Shown here: positions 23,599 through 30,963 of the stretch, in pieces
Layout: every line of letters starts with the position of its first letter
How positions within the stretch are numbered: the stretch's first letter is position 1
From: Oopsacas minuta
Lineage: Eukaryota; Animalia; Porifera
Length of the DNA stretch: 30,963 bases
Assembly: GCA_024704765.1 (NCBI GenBank)
Contig: JAKMXF010000331.1
Location: 171,840-202,802, forward strand
Reading direction: 5' to 3'
Translations under genes and position numbers: made by a program
The notes under the pieces: model-generated
The model's database searches: none
The model's input: the letters and a program-made list of their open reading frames with translations, nothing else
What the model was told of the DNA's origin: nothing

Positions 23599-24031
23599 CT
23601 GTATCATGTCGAAATTATTACGTTATTGTCACCTTTTTAGGATTATAAAAAAATCATTTTATTAGGCACAGCTCAGCCAATATATATGTTAGATGGTTAA
23701 AATTTGAATCACGGGAAACGTTCAATATGTCATACGTTATAACGTCATCACTTTCACCAAATACTGACTCAGCAGGGATTATTACTTCATCATTACTGTA
23801 GAAAGAGTTTTGACAATATATTAACACCCGATGGGCAAAGTGCTAAATTACAAACCAAAAGACACATGGCAGCATAAGTTTTAACACATAGGCCATTAAA
23901 TGTTATTTTGATGGACGAATGGATAATAAATCAATAAATGGATCGAAGAATACATCAAATAAGGATTGTTATAGGAAATGAAGTACATAACACATGAAGG
24001 CAGATGTATTTTGAATTAATGTCAAAATAAT

Positions 24032-24260
24032 TTATCGAAATAAACTCGATGCATTAAGTAGAACAGTATCAGGAGAGACAAGTTGATTAATAGGGACTGT
24101 ATAAGTGGTCGGGTTAGAGGCTTCCAATCTGCCGTAATGTCCAAATGTACCACATTTAGGAACATCATCAACCCAGAAACCAACTAATGAATTTCCTTTA
24201 TTAGTATAGTAAAAAATACCTTCTCCATTTTTCAAATCTCTCAACCATTTTCCATCATAT
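24032..24260 (-). CDS. MORN3: Last coding exon of MORN repeat-containing protein 3 homologue (partial gene)
   Basis: YDGKWLRDLKNGEGIFYY..GFWVDDVPKCGTF..YGRLEASNPTTYTVPINQLVSPDTVL matches the MORN3 C-terminus as I recall it. The acceptor TTCATTTAG| is at 24261-24263, the exon starts in phase 2 and the TAA is at 24032-24034. Confidence 0.85.
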
Positions 24261-25578
24261 CTAAATGAATACAATTATCAAAAGTAAACATAGAGTAAAG
24301 TTTCTATTAATTCACAGAACACATCAAAAATTTAGCATGGAAGGAAAGCATCTCAAAAAGAGTTAAGTTTTGTATTAACAGAATACTGCAGGGAAAATGT
24401 GCCATTTATGACGCCAAAAAGGTGCAAAAACCTCAAATTGGGCGCGGGAATAGGTTAAAATGAAGTAGTAAAATTTTGGTGTTCCATTTTGTAGGAACGG
24501 AACACATCGGCAGTAATAGGTTTAAGTAGAGAATTTTGAACATTGATGTGTCGTGAAGTAGTAATTCTACTAGCACTCTAAAAGGGTATCCTATTTCCTT
24601 AGATCATCGGACCCAAAAGGTTTAGTTTCTGTGACGTTGTCATAGTAAAGTGATAGGCTTCGACCAGGCCACCCTCCCAGATAGATGGAAATTACTTCCC
24701 AAAAATAATAATAAGAATGTAACTCTAACTTACATCAAATAGATTAAACAAATCTTGGTTGACAAAAAATAGGAAAAACGTTGATTGATACCCAGTTTCA
24801 CTGATAAATATCAACAATAAATTTCTTAAAAATAAAGCCTCTGGAAAGAAATTTTGCTTCCAATTAGTTGGTATTATTTCCGAAATGTAGTTTGTGTATA
24901 GATTTTCTAATTTAGTGTAGTTGAAGGCTTTGATTCTTATTAGTTGTTAATAATAGTACTTGATGTTTAGTGATTTCATTATTATTCATTGGGGGACGTT
25001 TTTTTTCCTATATTTGTGATTATTCCTCGAAATTGGGTACATGGAGTTTTTCGCATCATCGTTGGAGGATGACTACTTGACATCATTTCTCTGAAAATTA
25101 GATGCAGATATAGTAGGTGTTTGGTCCTAAATATTACTAGAAATATGGATAATCGAGATACGTGGGAAGAATGATATGTACTATTGTTTCCGGGATAATT
25201 TCTACATATAATTTTTTCCCTGAAGAAATACTAAGGGGACATTGTTAATTGTCACTAACAATTGTACCCAATCTCCACATATTTCCTGCAAAATTTATAT
25301 TCTCAAAGCTATTTAGCCAGTAAATGGGTTGATTTGCGAAGACTGTTGGTGAGACTAATACATTACAAAAGTTATACGCTGTTCCATACTTCTCCTTTCC
25401 AGGGTTTGGTTGAAGTAAAAGCACTTCTGTAATTAATTAAATTTTTTAGTACTTGTAATTACTTTTGTAGCTTGCACCAGCGACGTCGGAAGCAAAAGAT
25501 TATTGGTATGGGGAGATACATTGAAATGGTGCTGCATTCATCACATTTGACAATGAATAATAATAGAATTCTGAATTA

Positions 25579-26202
25579 CAATGTACACCAAATTTTCATT
25601 TTGGAAAAAATACGAGAACCTGATTAGGTCTCTATAGTCAATTTGGATCTCCTGATTCCGAATATGAATACATATTTGCTCAATCACGCACCAATTTTAT
25701 AGAATTCACCTCACAAATTGAGAAAATGGCAAAATATTACCAAAAGATTTCTACTCCAATATCAACTCATCATGTAAACTTGTGAAGATTTTAAATTCAC
25801 GGCTATGTTGGATTCATTTCTTACAAGAAATTGTTTTGTATTGACTAACCTTTACATATATAATTTTATCATATTTAGTGATTTTTTCCCATTTTTGTAT
25901 GTGTGATTTATATTTCGTTAGTAAAATGAACAATTATTCGGTTGTACAAGCTGATTCTGGTAGACATTTGCTCTAAATACGATGCAGGTTAATAATCTTC
26001 ACAGGTTTTACATGACTAGATGATATTTCGATATATACCTTTAGCAAATTGTGGTAATTTCCCATTCTGCATGTTCGAATTGTATAAAATTGGTCCGCGA
26101 TTGAGCAAAACTGTATTCATATTCGGAATCAGGAGATCCTAATTTACCAGAGACGTAATCAGGTTCTCGTTTTTTTCCAAATTGAAAATTTGCTTTACAG
26201 TG
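25579..26202. mobile_element. Non-autonomous element with ~130-bp TIRs and TTA TSD, consistent with a Chapaev3-type MITE (624 bp)
   Basis: TTA|CAATGTACACCAAATTTTC...GAGAACCTGATTA...GGATCTCCTGATTCCGAATATGAATAC on the left. The inverted counterpart ends ...GCTTTACAGTG|TTA on the right. Confidence 0.85.
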
Positions 26203-26229
26203 TTATTATTGGTGTCGAGCGCCGGACGT

Positions 26230-27316
26230 GCCACACCGCTCCCATGCCCCTGTGTATTTTTACTGAACAAGATTCTTTAGAATTTCCTTTACTTGTAATC
26301 CTGTTTGAGAGTGAAAATCTATAGTACTTGCACATCTAGACTATTAATCACAATTAATGATAAACGTACTTTTCTTCAAAACGGATTTTCAATTCTTAAG
26401 TTTCCAGACCTCTGTACATCGACGAGACAAATTTACCACCTCAACGTTGGTGGCGAATTTTACATAGACAGGCTTACCTTCAATCACTTCTATTTGGAAA
26501 GAAGCACGAATTATTGGTTTGCACAAAGGAGGGAGTACAACTGGTAAATCAAACAATAGACCAATATCCCTACTTCCGATTTTATCCTAGATATCTCAGA
26601 GACATATATATATATCAATTTTATCATTCCTAAGTACTCATAACCTTTTATCAGACAGTCAATCGTGATTTCGGAAGAAAAATAATTGTGAGACTGCCTT
26701 GCTTAAGGTAATGCAAGATTGGTATGACTCTCTAAACAACAGATCATTAGTTGGAGTTGTTCCTTGGGTCTCAGTAGAGCTCTTGATTTAGTTTCTCCAC
26801 TAGCATTCGAAATGGTTTTCCATATAATTAGATCATCGGACCAAAAAGCTTTCCTAGAAGAATCAACTGCTAGTCTGCGTTTAGTTATGGTGTTTCATAA
26901 GGACCTATTTAGGCCCCCTCCTATATATTATTTTTATAAATGCCCGATTATTTGCAGTGAAGAACAAACTATCATTATATGTAGATGATTGTATCTTGTA
27001 CTCATCAGGAGCTGATGTGAAAGTTGTTAACAATGTAATGAACCACTATGTCAACCATATATTGGAGTGGTGTAATTCGAATAACATGGTATTAATGTGA
27101 AGAAGTGCCGGATGATCATAATAGATACTGCTCAAGATAGCCTTTCAAATTTTTACAATCTATCAAATTATTGATGAAATAATTCTGAATGTCTTTTGTT
27201 ACAGAATATTCGGTGGAGGTTGATCATGTCAAAGCATATTGATCTTTTAGTTAGAGAGATGAATTTAAAGTTGAGGCGCAATAAACAAAATATAAGACCT
27301 GACTGTTCATTTGGAC
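26230..27316 (+). pseudogene. Non-LTR retrotransposon (L2/CR1-like) reverse transcriptase fragment
   Basis: IWKEARIIGLHKGG...NNRPISLLPILS, Q(S*)FRKKNNCETALLKV..WYDSL, LSRALDLV, GPLLYIIFIN, LYVDD (YADD), EWCNSNNMV and KHIDLL. Sequence runs up to the P-element terminus at 27317. Confidence 0.85.
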
Positions 27317-30270
27317 CATGGATTACTTAAAGTGCATACATTGAATATGATATGTTGAGATTCATACCATTGAATTTGACAATATTCGTACCAAATGGTA
27401 GATAGAAGGTAATCATATTTACACTACCACAACAAAAATTGTATAAATAAAGAAATAAGAAATGCTAGGACAACAAAGAAACTGCCAACAGCAAAATTAC
27501 TAATTATTTTGATTTGAATTTGGTGTATTTACGAGAGTTATGCGAGCTTTCAGTTAATGTTATTTCAACGAATTCATGTTCTTCCTTTGTTAGCTAGGAT
27601 ACAGCTGGTTGCTGAAAAAATAATTCTTTCAGATATTCCATCCTATTGTGTCACAAGTAGGGCATTTGTTTCTCCAAAACTCAGTTTCATTACTCTCGAT
27701 TACATTTAATGTTAAGGGATCTAAGATCTTCCGAGATGGACTTGTTATAAAGAGATTGAAGAGCTAGAATCCATTTCGATCCTGGAGTAGACCTTCCACA
27801 AATTTACAATTGCTTCAAGTACTGGAGCTGAAGCCACTTAAGGCCTCCTCTGTCAATCGAACATATTAGATCATAGACGGGATCAGTTATATCTAATTCG
27901 AGAGTATCTACTTCAACAAGACTTGACAAACACTGTGAGCAAATACTGCTCACTTCTTCCGTATCTCTTACACCAGAAGAGAGTAATACCTCCCTTAGAA
28001 TAGAAAGCACTTTTGAAGATGGAATGAACACAATAACCGGCAATAAAGGCTAAAGATAGAATGAGAGAAGTATCGAGTACGATTGGTGTCTCCTCTTCAT
28101 TGAACACTCTGTTATAGGTGTCCAAATCGACTATATTGTTATCGCTAGATTCTTCGGAGATTGAAAATGACTTTAAAAATTCTTTTAATGAGATTGAGCT
28201 CTCACCCGGAGTACTAGAGGAGAACAACTTCAGAGTTGTAGAAATTTTAATTAGTCTCTCACTTTGCAAAACCTGACAAAACGTAACATTGTACTGGGCA
28301 GCGTTCATCATTCGGGAAATCCCAAAGTGATGTTCAATTGGGTCATTTTGAAGGAAAGAACTAAGAACATAGGCAAAACTACAGTTTTTGGTAAGATGGT
28401 TGACTATCCCTTCAAGGACAATACACGAATGGCGAAAACTGGTAAAGGTTTGCGCAGTGAGTTTCCGTGCTTTTGGGGTAAAGTTCTCCACATTCATCAA
28501 GCCATTTCACAACATCTGAAAGAAATACAAACTGAATGTCATACTCTATAGTGGCATAGAAAGCTCGTCATTTAGACGGATGTCTTTATTAGGTCTATTA
28601 ATGTTGAAGATCTTCCATACCTTACAAATAAGGCTGATGAACTGAGCTGTTTCTGAAACCTGACCATATTTAGAAACATGGACTGTTAAAGCTGCAGAGG
28701 TTGAGTCGTCAAATATGCGAAGTGCTAAATTGACATTCTGTCTTTCAAGGCTAGATGGCCAGCAAGATTTGGCTGTTAATCGGTGGGCTGTTTAAGCGAC
28801 AGAATTGTGCTCAAGTTTAAAGAGATTCCGAAGGTCTTGAAATGGTACCTTTAAAGTATAGTCGTAAGATACGAATGAAGGACAGCTAAACGTGTGATTA
28901 GAATCGATTTGATTTATCCAATTATTTCTTACTGTTGTGATGATGTGGACAAAGTCGAAGATAAGATACAGAGGTCTACAAGTGTCTAATGGGTGAGGAA
29001 CACAGGTTTCAAGATTGGAAGTAGGGGATAGTAACTTAAACAGATTCGCATTCAGAGGGTAGTTATCTGTATAAATAACTTGAAGGTGAAGACTGCAACT
29101 TTCTATATCCTTGATCACTTCATGTAAAATAGGTAGAATTTGAGCAGCTGAAGACTTTGCGCAAGATAGGAGTCGTACAACTGTAGACCATTTTTGCATA
29201 AACTTGATATCATAAATGCTAGAACTGTATTGGCTGCTTCGTTCTGTGTAGTCGAAGAGCCGAGTATTCTCCCACCTGTGTAAGAAAACTCTGATTTGAT
29301 ATGTATTTCATCCATATGTAATGTAACATTCCTTTCTTGGTTATTGAAATTAGCAGTAGAAGCCTTCAAATATGTTTGCAACTCACACTCTAAGCCTATA
29401 GTTCCATAAAGACTACGTAGAGTTGTTGGGTGGGGAAATATTAAACAATTCAAAGACTGTAAGTCGCTGTAGCATGTAGAAGATATCAAATGAGATTTTA
29501 GAGCTAGCACCATTGTAACAACATTGTTCCGTCTTCGATTTTTGGGAATTAGTGTATTCTCGAGCTGGAACAGTAGAAATTTAACTAGAGTAACAATTCT
29601 GAATATTTCTCTAGTATATCGTTCGAAGTTCCTATCTTCGAAATCGTACTTTCAATGTTGGAAGTAGCTTGGCGAATACAGTTTTCAACAGGGTCCTTAG
29701 TGTATGTAGAAACCTCGCTCATGATGGCATCGATTTCTCGAATATCACTGAGATTGTGTATTGTGAGAGGAATTTGAATGTTTTGATAGAAGCCTGTAAG
29801 TGTTAAGGAGTCATTAATTGAAACATATACCGGTATATATATTTATGTTTGTCTTTTGACAGCTTTAGCAAGTTAATAGTCATGTCATCTGAAAACCATT
29901 TAACCCAAGAAGAAGAAGGTAGTTCAAATTCTTCGAGTTAACATTTTAGCTCTCCTAATGATTTGACACCGAACTTACTATCCTCAGCTTTATGAAGATC
30001 AAGGCTTTGTTCTAAGGCTTGAAAGAACAATTTACTATCGATCTTCGCACGATCTAAACGTTCAGGCTTCGAGGATGGTGAGCTAAGATACTTGGGACAA
30101 CTGGGAAGAAGACAAGGTATAGCGTTCTTATGTAGAATTGGTCGCCGAGAAATTTTCGTAATGAGCCATCAGGTTGAGGCATATCCATTTCAGTGATGAC
30201 ATCTTCAGTACGAAAGTGATTAGAACAAACCAATAAGTTTTTTAGATCCTCAATATCTCCTTGTGCAGTA
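27317..30270 (-). mobile_element. P-element (THAP9-like) transposon remnant, copy 2 (diverged from copy 1); coding remnant 27504-30270
   Basis: Partial THAP (LLVCSNHF..LHKNAIPCLLP), LHMDEIH, IYTDNYPLN, FDFVHII, WPSSLERQNVNLALRIFDDST, QNDPIEHHFG, FIAGY and IDRGGLKW. Putative terminus CATGGATTACTTAAAGTGCAT at 27317. Confidence 0.92.
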
Positions 30271-30771
30271 TGTCTCATCACCAGTCACTATCTCAAATAA
30301 TTTTCGCTGGTCGCATTCATTTGTAGGATTTAAGGAGATTACGACAACATCTCACCCTTGTCTCTTTCTGGGCCTTTGTGAGTAAATGTGGGACCCATCT
30401 GGCATAAACCTTCGTCAACTTGAGCTGTGATCTTAAAATGTGGTTTACAATTCCCATCGAGATGCCAACACTATTAGAAAGTTCCCTGATAGTTATATGT
30501 GGGTCTAAGTCTATCAGTTTCTTGATAGCGCACGATTTAATGGGAGATGCAGCCGTAATTGGTGCTCCAGGCCGAGGGTCATCTTCGATAGACTTCTTCC
30601 CAACCTGAAACGCTAAGCTCATCTTCTGACTCCTGCATACGACAGAGCACCTTTTGTAGTATAGACTTGAACAAAATCAAGATGTATCTGGTTTGCAGAT
30701 TTCCCGAGGAGAGTAGGAATCTGGACATAAGCTCTTTGCTCTAATTTAGAATTCTTGCCAAGTGATGTCAT
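30271..30771 (-). mobile_element. mariner remnant 3, truncated at the first catalytic D and joined directly to the THAP domain of P copy 2
   Basis: ATG at 30771: MTSLGKNSKLEQRAYVQI..., EDDPRPGAP, ARWVPHLL, (frameshift) EIVTGDET, then non-mariner sequence. The TIR was not recognised. Confidence 0.88.
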
Positions 30772-30877
30772 AAAGGTATATTATAAAAAACACCTGTTGT
30801 AAAATTTGATATAACTTGTTGAGTTTTTAAGCGACAATGAAAAAATCAATACTAGCTTGTAGACAGAGGATTAAGTA

Positions 30878-30963
30878 CACAGTGGCTTAGTAGTAGAGAA
30901 TTAAGAAACTTTTTATAGTAATGCTTTCATTCCTTTATGGTTTCTTTGTGTTTCTAAACATTC
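30878..30963. mobile_element. Probable terminus of a second Transib-like element extending beyond the window
   Basis: CACAGTGGCTTA is identical over 12 bp to the terminus at 12260. It is preceded by AAGTA. Confidence 0.5.

Noticed and set aside
24900-25560. Several GT..AG segments of 36-47 nt on the minus strand suggesting a small-intron gene or MORN3 exons (e.g. ICGDW)
   Set aside because: No combination of splice sites I tried gave a stop-free product, and the spacing does not fit a MORN repeat.

Overview
AT-rich eukaryotic (animal-like) genomic DNA that is mostly a nested graveyard of transposons. Only two host genes are supportable: an intact Sec61-gamma ORF without coding introns (3499-3717, -) and the last coding exon of a MORN3 homologue (24032-24260, -). 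I found no upstream MORN3 exons in the window. Mobile DNA recognisable by eye: two inverted copies of a Chapaev3-type element (1-391 partial; 8607-10911 nearly intact, one in-frame stop); an older Chapaev-like pseudogene split between 392-930 (-) and 10912-12160 (+); a FLYWCH-MULE pseudogene; two THAP/P-element pseudogenes; three truncated DD34D-type mariners; a Helitron remnant with a 3' OTU-protease remnant; a LINE RT fragment; several MITEs; and a 4.2-kb Transib/RAG1-core-like element (12260-16481) with perfect CACAGTG termini and a perfect 5-bp TSD. Swapped TSDs and a rejoinable reading frame indicate that the 8.2 kb between the two Chapaev3 copies, including Sec61-gamma, has been inverted. 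No tRNA, rRNA or CRISPR features were seen. All alignments and translations beyond the supplied ORF track were done by eye, and family names rest on remembered motifs, not database searches.
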